Part shown: positions 9,821 to 19,009 of the stretch, one piece after another
Position numbering within the stretch: the first letter of the stretch is position 1
Layout of the letters: each line of letters opens with the position of its first letter
The notes under the pieces: generated by a model
Databases searched by the model: none
What the model saw: only the letters and a program-made list of their open reading frames with translations
What the model was told of the DNA's origin: nothing
Translations under genes and position numbers: made by a program
DNA from: Nitrosopumilus sp.
GTDB lineage: Archaea > Thermoproteota > Nitrososphaeria > Nitrososphaerales > Nitrosopumilaceae
Length of the DNA: 64,000 bases
Assembly: GCA_965205215.1 (NCBI GenBank)
Contig: OZ242041.1
Coordinates: forward strand, 640,001 to 704,000
Direction: 5' to 3'

Positions 9821-10285
9821 CCTCAGCTCTTCCAGCTTGCGGAGCACGCCCGAGATGTACCCGGGCTCGGGCTCGTCCTTGAAGCTCTTGACGCGCCTGA
9901 CAAGATCCTTCCTGTCCGCACAGTGGGGTTTTCTCTCAATCAGCGTGGCCGCAATCTCAAGCCACTTGTCGGTCCTGTCCCTTATGGCGCGCAGGAACCC
10001 GTCCGCGTCAAACGAGCCGTCAAGCCTTCCGTCTGCCCGCTCGTATTCGGTCCGGTTTCGCGCCAGATCATAGTAGTCGCTTGTGAGCGTCTTTGAATAG
10101 GGGCCGCAGAGGTAGATGTCGTACTCGTATGGCATCTTGAACCCCATATTCTTTGCCAGAAACACGTACTTTTGGATCCTGAACCGGTTTGAAAACTCCT
10201 CGTCACCGTCACCAATCACGTCAAACCGCACCAGCCCCCTGTCCTCCAGAAACCTGATAAAATTTGCCAGTGCGGGTTTTTCCAT
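9812..10285 (-). CDS. SocA/Panacea (YwgA-like) antitoxin-like protein
   Basis: RFRIQKYVFLAK...YEYDIYLCGPYSKTL...WLEIAATL pattern; start set at ATG 10285. Confidence 0.7.
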   Translation of the reverse strand: MEKPALANFIRFLEDRGLVRFDVIGDGDEEFSNRFRIQKYVFLAKNMGFKMPYEYDIYLCGPYSKTLTSDYYDLARNRTEYERADGRLDGSFDADGFLRAIRDRTDKWLEIAATLIERKPHCADRKDLVRRVKSFKDEPEPGYISGVLRKLEELRLV

Positions 10286-10530
10286 TGTATGATAAGCGGT
10301 GACGTATCTGTTAAGCGTTGCCGTTGTGCCCTGCATGAGGCACGGGCTTTCACCACCGGCGGCGGGCCGGATGGCAGCGGTGGGCCGCGCAGGCGTCACC
10401 GTGGTGCCGTCCCAGCGGCGGGCCCGGGTTCCGCTGCTGCTGCCGCCCCCGCCGCCACGGCGGCCGCCCCCGCCACCACTGCAGCCCGCCCGACATCTGC
10501 GCCTTTTATCCCGCCCGCGTACCTGATACC

Positions 10531-12006
10531 GTGAAGGACAGGCCCGCGTTCCTGTTGCAGGGACCCGCAATACTGGGCATGATGCTGCTCGGCTTTGTGG
10601 TGTACGTGGGGGTGATGACCGCGTTTACGGGCGTCATACAGGGCAGCCTGGCAGACGCCATAACCGAGGTTCCCACCATGCACGCGTACGATATGGACGG
10701 CAAGCGCGTCGCGGTCATATCAGAGGAGGTCGCGGCGGCCGCGCAGCCGCATATAGAGCGCCGCGACGAGCTGCGCAGGCTCTCGGCCATACACATGCAG
10801 AACGCCGACTACGAGGCGCTGACGCAGGCGGACGGGGAGATCGACGCCATAAACGGGGAGCTGCTAAGGATGGGATACCACGATGTAGACAGCGGCATCG
10901 CGGCCATGTACTGGTGGTTTGCATACCCCGCGGCCGCCATACTGGCCGCGATGATAATATTTTCGGGCGCGGGCCACTTCTGGGAGAAGGGGCTCGGCAT
11001 ATGGCGCCGCGGCACGTCCCTTGAGATGTTCCGCGCGTCGGTCTTCGGGCTGGTGGCGATATTCCTGGTGCCGGAGGTGTGGGATACGTTTGCCATACAC
11101 ATGACGGAGTTCTCCAGATATATGATGAACCCGGGGGGCGACCCGCGTACAGTAATCGACTCGCTCTGGTGCAAGATGGGGGCCTCGGCCGCGTGCATGT
11201 TCGACTTTGCAGGCGTCCTCGACCCCGTGTCGTGGAGCACGGCCCTTGCCAGCCCCAACGACTTTGGCCAGAGCCTGATGGGCGAGGTGTTCATGCCGTT
11301 CTTCAAGCTGATGCCCGCACTGGTGGTGTCGCTTGTCGTGTTCGTGACGGCAAAGGTGCGCGTGCTGTTCATCAGCATCGTGCTGATCACGCTGCCGATG
11401 TGGCTGGTATTACGAAACGTCCCGTACCTCAAAAAGCACGCCAAGAACATGGTGGACAACATGGTGGGCGCCTCGTTTGCGCCGTTCCTCTCGGCGGTCA
11501 CGCTGTACGTGGGCTGGACCCACGTCTCAAACGCGCCCATGCCGTCACTCGAGGAGTGGGTCTCCGTGCTTGGAATCGTCACGCTCGCGGGCCTCTGGCC
11601 CCTGATTTTGGCGCCGTTCCTGAGCAACGTGACGGGATCCATACAGGGCGCGGTGCAGACCGCGGTCATCAGCAGCAGCACCATGGCCATGCAGATCGGC
11701 ATGGGGGGCGCGGTGGGCGCCGCGAGCGGGGCCGGCGGGGCGGCGGCGGGCGCCGCGAGCGGGGCCGGCGGGGCGGCGGCGTCAGGCGGGCTCGGCGGCC
11801 CCCTCAGGGGTCTTGCCATGGGCGCGGGCCGGGGCGCGGTCGGGAGCATGCCTGCAGTCGACGAGCTGATGAAGGGCGCCAAGAACAGCGGAATGCTCGG
11901 GGGGACGGGTTCCGGCAGTGACGGCGGCGCGACCGGGGGCAGTCCGGCCGCCGGCGACATGCCGGGCGACCCTGCAGCCAGCCAGCCCGGCAGGGGCGTA
12001 ACGTAG
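10531..12006 (+). CDS. VirB6/TrbL-like polytopic conjugation membrane protein
   Basis: About 7 TM segments, KVRVLFISIVLITLPMWLVL motif and Gly/Ala-rich C-terminal tail typical of VirB6/TrbL. Confidence 0.75.
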   Translation: MKDRPAFLLQGPAILGMMLLGFVVYVGVMTAFTGVIQGSLADAITEVPTMHAYDMDGKRVAVISEEVAAAAQPHIERRDELRRLSAIHMQNADYEALTQADGEIDAINGELLRMGYHDVDSGIAAMYWWFAYPAAAILAAMIIFSGAGHFWEKGLGIWRRGTSLEMFRASVFGLVAIFLVPEVWDTFAIHMTEFSRYMMNPGGDPRTVIDSLWCKMGASAACMFDFAGVLDPVSWSTALASPNDFGQSLMGEVFMPFFKLMPALVVSLVVFVTAKVRVLFISIVLITLPMWLVLRNVPYLKKHAKNMVDNMVGASFAPFLSAVTLYVGWTHVSNAPMPSLEEWVSVLGIVTLAGLWPLILAPFLSNVTGSIQGAVQTAVISSSTMAMQIGMGGAVGAASGAGGAAAGAASGAGGAAASGGLGGPLRGLAMGAGRGAVGSMPAVDELMKGAKNSGMLGGTGSGSDGGATGGSPAAGDMPGDPAASQPGRGVT

Positions 12007-12175
12007 CGTCCGGCAACTGGATGGCCTCATTCAGGCAAGAGCGCGCCACCCGGTTACGGGAACACGCGTCCCGTGGTCGGATGGCGGCCGTTCCATCCTC
12101 CGCCAGCCGGCAGAGTTGCCATCCGTTCAGCAGCAGCGGCGCCCCGCAGCCAAGATTAATAGCGCAGGGGGGCGC

Positions 12176-12679
12176 ATGCACGCCATGCCCGCAGTACCGG
12201 CACTTGCCACCCCACAGCGGAGGACCCCCAGCTACTGGTACGAGAAGGGCCTCCCGCGCTCCGACCTCAAGACGGACCAGGGCATCAAAACCCAGGACAT
12301 ATCGTACTTTAAGGTGGACGGAAAGATATCGGTCGGCCTGAAGAGAAAAGTGCCAATAGACTGGCCGCGCGCAAGATCCGAGATAACGGGCCTTGGCTTC
12401 GGCGGCCATAACCACTTTATCGGGTTTGAGAATAACAGGACGCTTGAGATGGTACAGTTTGCGCGCTACGAGGCGGACGACTGGTATGCCGACGTACCCA
12501 TCGACAGCAGGAGAAGAGACTGGCAGGGGTTTGTATGGGGATGCCGCGCCGACACGGAATCAGTGCTGAACACAGCGGGACTGTTCTTTGAGGAACTCCC
12601 CTGGTTTGACTCGCTCCCGTTTACAATGCGCAGGGTGTCAGACTGGAAAAAGTATGCGGGACGGGACGCGTCAGCGTAG
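12176..12679 (+). CDS. Hypothetical protein
   Basis: Protein-like composition; AT-rich box GATTAATA about 20 nt before ATG 12176. Confidence 0.6.
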   Translation: MHAMPAVPALATPQRRTPSYWYEKGLPRSDLKTDQGIKTQDISYFKVDGKISVGLKRKVPIDWPRARSEITGLGFGGHNHFIGFENNRTLEMVQFARYEADDWYADVPIDSRRRDWQGFVWGCRADTESVLNTAGLFFEELPWFDSLPFTMRRVSDWKKYAGRDASA

Positions 12680-12703
12680 CGGCATGCAAAAAACGGCATC
12701 AAG

Positions 12704-13843
12704 GGTACTGGTGCAAATTCGTGATATGGAATCTAGGCACATCCGCAGGCACGACGCAATCAGCAAGATGCCCACCGAGGCGGCAGACATTGTAACCGAG
12801 GGCGCCCAAATGGAAACCCATCATTCAGAACAGCAGCCTGTACCTCATGGCGACTAACCAGAGGGTCTGACAATCATCACTCGAACATCTTTCTCAGTTT
12901 GTTCTTAAGGGCTATCACTTGTTGTTCGTCATTCAGATCTGGCAATGGGCCAAACCTATTCATCGTAGGCATCGAACACATAAGATGAATTTCCAGTATG
13001 ATGCACTCTATCATCGTATCTAGTATGTCTGCCTGTCTTCGTGGCGTAGAGCGTTGCTAAATTCTACACAGTTGCCAAGTTTTCGACGCAGGATCTCTTC
13101 AAATTCTGGTGACATGGGCGGGACTTCCATACACCGCAGGACGAGATTTACCGTATTTTAGCATTGACCTTTGTGCTTTTGGAGCCGTCTGCTTTCAAGG
13201 CATGTAAGCCAGCCCATGTCTTTTCAGCCAGTGTTACAAACTCACTTTCTACACATGGATCGACTACCTTGTTCTTCATATCCGTGACTATATGTGGCGC
13301 GATAAATATCTTTCGACGGGCCGTGCCTATCGCGACTAAACGGCATCAAATATCTTGGAGAATGTCTTGTCCAGTTCGGGCTTGACAGCATCCAGCAGGA
13401 CCGCGAGGTGCTTCGACAAGTCCTCCCTTCTCGCCATCCCTTCTTGCTGTAAAAGATACAGCTCGGTGAGTGTAATAGTGGTATCCCCGCAGTTCTTGAA
13501 CGTGCCTTCGATGAACGGGAGGCCGACATCTATGCCGTTTATGAACCGGGGGCTGAACATCCTGCGCAGTTCGGGCTCAACCTCGTACAGCATGATCAGG
13601 TCTCGGTACGGGACGTCCACCCTTTTCACCAGCCCGCATCTCAGAAAGATGTACAGGTCGAGGAGGCTGAATACGTGGTAGTCATGTCCGGGCAGAAACG
13701 TGTTCTGGATGAGTTTGGCGTCGACATCGATGCCGTTTATGGTTCTGTGATTTGTCATAAAAAAGTAGTATGCCATTTACGGTTTATAACTTTGGCGGGT
13801 TTCAGAGAAGATCACACCCAGCTCACGAATTGGCACAAGTACC
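12704..13843. mobile_element. TIR-bounded non-autonomous element with passenger gene
   Basis: GGTACTGGTGCAAATTCGTGA vs reverse complement of 13823-13843 GGTACTTGTGCCAATTCGTGA (19/21); lower GC inside. Confidence 0.65.
13336..13776 (-). CDS. Hypothetical protein (internal INGIDV repeat)
   Basis: 146-aa ORF; TATA-like GTTATAAA upstream on the minus strand. Confidence 0.65.
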   Translation of the reverse strand: MAYYFFMTNHRTINGIDVDAKLIQNTFLPGHDYHVFSLLDLYIFLRCGLVKRVDVPYRDLIMLYEVEPELRRMFSPRFINGIDVGLPFIEGTFKNCGDTTITLTELYLLQQEGMARREDLSKHLAVLLDAVKPELDKTFSKIFDAV

Positions 13844-14273
13844 TTGCATGGCATGACATAATAACAAGAAGTACTCACGTGTAGCGATGGCAAAAGCCAG
13901 TAAAGGATCAGCCGGATGGCCTAGTAAGACCGGCAATCCCTCCGGAAAGGGAAGGGACAACAACAACTAGCAGGGTGCTTTTATCCCCCCCGTAAGGGGG
14001 GCACCCTTTCCAGCAATCAACCTCATGACATCTGAGATCACGTCTAGTCCGTGCCTGACTATACTCAAGTATGTAATTCCCAAAATATTTGAGACTGTTT
14101 GAAAGATGGTGTGGCATGCAGGAGGGCCAATCTGCCCTACTTTTCAGGATGGCCGCCGGTTCCCGGCGGCGGCAAAGGCAGGTCACCGTTTTGACAGCGG
14201 ATTACAGGTCACCAGTTCTTGACAACACCCCGCATCAAGAAAAGGATATAAGGTACAGTACGGTACATGTAAC

Positions 14274-15248
14274 ATGCCCATAATACTGCAGAGGGGCGAG
14301 ATGATGGAGTCCCAGCACAAGATAAGCACCAGGTTTGGCGGCGGCACGCTGCACGTCACAAACAGGGCCCTGATAATCGAGATCAAAAAGAGGGGGATCC
14401 TGTTTCACAGGCTGCACAGCCAGATGTCCGGCATAAGGGCAAGCGGGCTCAGAAAGATAAGGCTGCTGTGGCCCGAGGGCTCCAGCCTGTTTGACTTTGA
14501 GTTCAAGGCGTGGGGCGCCGGAGGCATCGTGCGCGCCATCCGCGAAAGGCACGACTATGCGGAGAACTACTCTCTTGACGGCGTCACCAGAATAATATTT
14601 ACAGAAAAGCAGAGGAAAGGGGCGCGCAGGGACCGCGAAGAGTGGGCGGCCAGACAGCTGCGCGGCGCTGAGTGTGGAGACGACGGGCAGGCAGCCGAGA
14701 TGTGGAGGCAGCTGCTGCTCGACGTGTACGGCATACCGTGCAGCCGCTCCGTGCGGATACCGGGCCGAGTGGGGAACCACCTGTGCTGGAACGACTCCTG
14801 GCTTGACGGAAAATACGCGTACACGTTCAACCGCTACTGGCTGAGCGGTCGCTTCCCAAAGGCCCCGGTGCGCGGGGGCGGGACGGACCCGGAGACCGGG
14901 GCGTACCGCATCCCGGTCGGGCACGTGCGGTTCTTTCACGGGCACCCGTACGTCCGGGGCGACGCCTTTGCGGACCCGGTGTACGAGCAGGGGTTCCTGA
15001 TCCCGACCATGCTGGAGTCCGTGCTTGACGACGAGATTATGGCGAGGCGGTACAGGCCGCTCGACAGGCTCAAGACGGGGGTCGGGATGGACTCGGTGAG
15101 ACCCATCGCCATACTGGGGTACCTCAACGACCCGAATGAGGCCGTTCCCGGCAGCGGCAGCGGCGGCCCGCTCACCAGGACAGAGTCGGGGTTTCTACGC
15201 GGGCACGGCCTCGTGCCCGACGAGGAAACCCGGCAGTCCGGACGATGA
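14274..15248 (+). CDS. Hypothetical protein with N-terminal PH-like domain
   Basis: LQRGEMMES...GGTLHVTNRALII resembles the bacterial PH-domain signature; promoter AAAAGGATATAAG upstream. Confidence 0.6.
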   Translation: MPIILQRGEMMESQHKISTRFGGGTLHVTNRALIIEIKKRGILFHRLHSQMSGIRASGLRKIRLLWPEGSSLFDFEFKAWGAGGIVRAIRERHDYAENYSLDGVTRIIFTEKQRKGARRDREEWAARQLRGAECGDDGQAAEMWRQLLLDVYGIPCSRSVRIPGRVGNHLCWNDSWLDGKYAYTFNRYWLSGRFPKAPVRGGGTDPETGAYRIPVGHVRFFHGHPYVRGDAFADPVYEQGFLIPTMLESVLDDEIMARRYRPLDRLKTGVGMDSVRPIAILGYLNDPNEAVPGSGSGGPLTRTESGFLRGHGLVPDEETRQSGR

Positions 15249-15426
15249 CCTTTCCCGCGTCCGGGGGCGCTGCCAAAAGAATGCACGTCCTTGGCCGGGA
15301 TCCCTGCGCCGGGCGCGCCCCGCTGGCACGGACGTGCCTGCACGGGCCTCACCCCCAAGCCCCGATCATCTCTGAATTCCACCACAGACAGATATTCATA
15401 AATTGCAGCGCGGAGATCGTTTATTC

Positions 15427-15837
15427 ATGGCCGCCATAACCACATACACGGTGCCCGAGGTCATCGGCATGGCAAGGCGCGCAGGACTCGGCGAGGTTGC
15501 GGACCGCATAGACTACCTGTACAAGCTTCCGCTGGAGAACGGCGCCGACCCGATGGATCCGGACTCTGCAAGGTCGCTCGTGTCCTTTCTGATAAAGCAC
15601 CACCAGAAACTGCCAGAGACCGGAATAACGCTGAACCCCGAAGGGCACGTGCACGGAGAATGGATATTTACCAAAGACAGCGACATAGCCGCCCAGTTCC
15701 TGCCATCCGGGGACGTCTGGTTCATACATTCGGCCAGAGACCGGGATACCGGATCCTTCAGGATGCGGGAGAAGGGGACGGTGGCGCCGGAGGACATGCT
15801 CAAAAAGATCATGCCGCTTGTCAACAGTGCGATGTGA
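15427..15837 (+). CDS. Hypothetical protein, putative antitoxin partner
   Basis: Coupled to the next gene (3-nt gap); motif ITLNPEGHVHGEW. Confidence 0.6.
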   Translation: MAAITTYTVPEVIGMARRAGLGEVADRIDYLYKLPLENGADPMDPDSARSLVSFLIKHHQKLPETGITLNPEGHVHGEWIFTKDSDIAAQFLPSGDVWFIHSARDRDTGSFRMREKGTVAPEDMLKKIMPLVNSAM

Positions 15838-15840
15838 GCC

Positions 15841-16281
15841 ATGATCGATGTCAACCGCCTCGGCTTTTTAGCCCGGTACTGCGGTCCGGGTTCCATCAGG
15901 GACGGCATACCACAAGAAAACGCCTTTTGGATTCGTTCTGTCGAGAAATACCTATCCGTCAACATCCTGCCAGAGGATCTGGGGGTGGAGGCGGGGCTTG
16001 CGCAGGTCAGAAAGATACTCGCCAGAAAGGAATACGATGCAAACCAAAACGGCAAATTTGCCGTCTTCAACGCGGGGCGCATCATACAATACATGAGCGA
16101 ATACGAAGGCATGGATGTACAGATAAAGCACAGGCCTTCGCGCAATGATCCCACCCATGCGGGCATCGCGCCTGCAGGCACATACAACGCGAGCGCATGG
16201 TACGAGTCAACGCGTACCATGGCGCGGGCGCTGACAAAGTTCTTCGGGGAAAACCCCGACTCCGTATACCCCGTGCCCTGA
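15841..16281 (+). CDS. Hypothetical protein, possible ADP-ribosyltransferase/RES-like toxin
   Basis: LARYC...AF...YLSVN...NDPTHAGI spacing recalls R-S-(H/E) ART-like folds; fold assignment is inference. Confidence 0.55.
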   Translation: MIDVNRLGFLARYCGPGSIRDGIPQENAFWIRSVEKYLSVNILPEDLGVEAGLAQVRKILARKEYDANQNGKFAVFNAGRIIQYMSEYEGMDVQIKHRPSRNDPTHAGIAPAGTYNASAWYESTRTMARALTKFFGENPDSVYPVP

Positions 16282-16432
16282 ACCGCACACCGTCACTGCG
16301 CGGCGATCCGGATTCTCCTGCCTGCAGGACTCGTACCCGCACCCTGCGGGATCCTCTGGCCAGTACGGACTTGTGCGTGGCCAGCCTCTGGCTGGCGATA
16401 AAAAAATAATAAAAAAAGTGGGATGCCGCAGG

Positions 16433-16945
16433 CTACTGCGGCGATATTACCTTGGTCTGGGAGTACTGGCCCCCGCCGGCAATGTCGGCCCTGACCTCGA
16501 CCAGGTACTTTTGGCCGATGGTGAGGCGGTGGTCCATGTCGTTCTCCACGCTCGCGGTCTGGTTTGCCGAGCGGTCCTCCGTATCCCCGACGAAGATCTT
16601 TTCGTTTACGGTGGCCGTGACCCCGGAGTGTATGCCTGCGGGCTCAAACGCGGCTATGAACAGGTCGTCCTCGTCCACGCTCTTGTCGTTAATGTCAAGC
16701 GTGACTATGACCACTGCGTTGCTGATGTCCGTGTTGCCGGAGTTCTTGATCATGCCCGTGATGTACGAGGTGGTGCCCGTGTTCTGGATGTTGAGCCGCT
16801 TTATCTCCACCGCATCCAGGACCAGTCCGGTCGTTACGATGTCGGTGGTGGTTGTGGCCAGGATGCCCCCGATCGACACCACTATACCGATCAGTATTAT
16901 GGTGACGATCATCCCGGAGATGGCCTGGCGCGGTTGGTTCTTCAC
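16433..16945 (-). CDS. Archaeal type IV pilin
   Basis: GTG start MKNQPRQA|ISGMIVTIILIGIVVSIGGIL resembles a class III signal peptide; IKNSGNTDI pilin motif; TATA CTTTTATA upstream. Confidence 0.8.
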   Translation of the reverse strand: MKNQPRQAISGMIVTIILIGIVVSIGGILATTTTDIVTTGLVLDAVEIKRLNIQNTGTTSYITGMIKNSGNTDISNAVVIVTLDINDKSVDEDDLFIAAFEPAGIHSGVTATVNEKIFVGDTEDRSANQTASVENDMDHRLTIGQKYLVEVRADIAGGGQYSQTKVISPQ

Positions 16946-17124
16946 GCCGCGTACCGCTCGGTTTGTATAAAAGGGGAGGGGATGCTCGACGCTGGCGCCC
17001 CCGGGTGCCGGCGCATACCGTGGTGCCTGCCCATACGCGACAAAGACAGCCACGTCTGCCGAACGGCCATAGTACCTAGCGCAGTTTTGAATTTTTTTAT
17101 AGTATAATATGTGCAATATCTGTC

Positions 17125-18309
17125 ATGGCCCAAACGGACACAGGCACCATACCATCCGGTAGGAGACAGATGAGGCTGGCTCCAGAAGTGCTGAGATGGG
17201 CCCGCGAACGCGCCAGCATCAGAGTGGAGGATCTGGCAAAAAAAATCCCCGCCAAATCAGAGAGAGTGGAAGAGTGGGAACGCACGGGGCTTATATCGCG
17301 AAATCAAGCAGAGAGACTTGCCAGCTCCACGCACACCCCGTTTGGCTACCTGTTCATGAAAAAGCCGATACGCGAGGATCTGCCAATCGTAGACTTTCGT
17401 ACACGCAGTGACAATCCCCGGCAGCGCCGCCCCAGCCCCGGCCTCCTGTCCACCATATACAGCATGCAACGCAGGCGTGACTGGATGCGCGACTACATGA
17501 TCGAGTACGACGTAGATCCTCCAGGGTTTGTGGGAATGTACCGCAAAGGCGGCGCGTCGGCAGGCGAGATCGCCGGCGTGATGCGAAAGACGCTGGGCCT
17601 TGAACCGGAATGGTCTGCAGAACACGACACATGGAAAAGTGCCTTTTCACACCTGCTTGGGATCATGGATGGCGCAGGCGTGATGCGAACTGTCACCGGC
17701 ATCGTCGGAAGTAATACGCACCACAAGCTCGATCCGGATGAATTCCAAGGGTTTGCACTAGTAGACGACTACGCGCCGCTCGTGTTTGTCAACGGCGCGG
17801 ACTACAAAGCTGCGCAGATGTTCACTGCGGCGCACGAGCTTGCCCACATATTCACAGGGGCGGAGGGGCTGTCTGCCCTGGACCGCACCCGGCCCATACA
17901 CGACGGTCCAAAGGAGCGGCTTTGCAACAAGATCGCAGCAGAATTTCTGGTTCCCACAGGCGCACTGGACAAATTTTTGTCCAAAAATAACGCCAAGCCA
18001 GATAGCGTGTCGGCGCACTTCAAGGTCAGCATCATCGTGGCCGCTCGACGCATGCTTGACACGGAGGCGATGAGCCAGGCAGGCTTTGACGAGTTTTATG
18101 CCGATTATACGAGGCGGCAACGGGAAGAACAGAAGACAAAGGGGGGAGACTATTGGAGAAATGTGAATTATCGCACAAGTCCGACGTTTGGGAAGGCTGT
18201 GGTACGGGCCGTAATGGAGGATCGTCTGTCCTATACGGCCGCATACAGTCTTACTGACATGCACGGTTCTACGTTTGAGAAATATGCGGGAGAGATGCTG
18301 TCCAGATGA
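17125..18309 (+). CDS. XRE-HTH + ImmA/IrrE Zn metallopeptidase
   Basis: LRWARER...VEEWERTG HTH; DFRT; FQGFAL; FTAAHELAH (HExxH); ERLCNKIAAEFLVP. Confidence 0.92.
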   Translation: MAQTDTGTIPSGRRQMRLAPEVLRWARERASIRVEDLAKKIPAKSERVEEWERTGLISRNQAERLASSTHTPFGYLFMKKPIREDLPIVDFRTRSDNPRQRRPSPGLLSTIYSMQRRRDWMRDYMIEYDVDPPGFVGMYRKGGASAGEIAGVMRKTLGLEPEWSAEHDTWKSAFSHLLGIMDGAGVMRTVTGIVGSNTHHKLDPDEFQGFALVDDYAPLVFVNGADYKAAQMFTAAHELAHIFTGAEGLSALDRTRPIHDGPKERLCNKIAAEFLVPTGALDKFLSKNNAKPDSVSAHFKVSIIVAARRMLDTEAMSQAGFDEFYADYTRRQREEQKTKGGDYWRNVNYRTSPTFGKAVVRAVMEDRLSYTAAYSLTDMHGSTFEKYAGEMLSR

Positions 18310-18806
18310 GTTCTGCCAACGACACGTTCGTACTGGACGCGAACGTATTCATCAGTGCAAATAACATGTATTATGCGCCGGATCTGTGCGCCGAATTCTG
18401 GAGGCGCTTGGCATACTGCAATAGGGCGAAAACCGTGTTTAGCATAGACAAAGTCTACGAGGAACTAATGCACCATGAAGACGAGCTATCTGTGTGGTCC
18501 CGCAAGAACAGATCCATGTTTGAGTCTGCACGTGATAATCAGACGGAAGAAAAGTACGCCGACATGACCGAATGGGTCAAACGAGAACGCCATGCCGAAG
18601 CATTAGAAGAGTTTAGCAGTGCGGCAGATGGATGGCTTGCCGCCTTTGCGTCAGTTAACGACGCCATACTGGTCACGCACGAGCAGCCCGCGCCAGAGTC
18701 ACTTAGTCATGTAAAATTACCGGATGTCTGCGAGGAATTCGGCATCCAATACGTGAACACGTTTGATATGCTGCGCAGACTGGGGATACGGCTATGCCCC
18801 GCGTGA
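18306..18806 (+). CDS. DUF4411-family PIN-like protein
   Basis: FVLDANVFISA...YYAPD...FW...ADGWLAAFA...LVTHE...KLPDVCEEFGI; 4-nt overlap with the ImmA/IrrE gene, the usual pairing. Confidence 0.88.
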   Translation: MSSANDTFVLDANVFISANNMYYAPDLCAEFWRRLAYCNRAKTVFSIDKVYEELMHHEDELSVWSRKNRSMFESARDNQTEEKYADMTEWVKRERHAEALEEFSSAADGWLAAFASVNDAILVTHEQPAPESLSHVKLPDVCEEFGIQYVNTFDMLRRLGIRLCPA

Positions 18807-19009
18807 TTCCGACTCTTGCGTACGCCGTATCACGTATGCCGGCCTGACCGCACACCACTCCTCCGGCGCACGCTCGGACGGCAAGTCTTGTCATTTGTGG
18901 TGCTTGGCGTCGTGACGGCGTCCCAAAAGAACGCCCAAGCCCCCACCTCATGCAAGCCAGCCGGCCAGCCGGCCACGCACCGCCAAGCGCATGCAGCGCC
19001 AAAAAAAGG

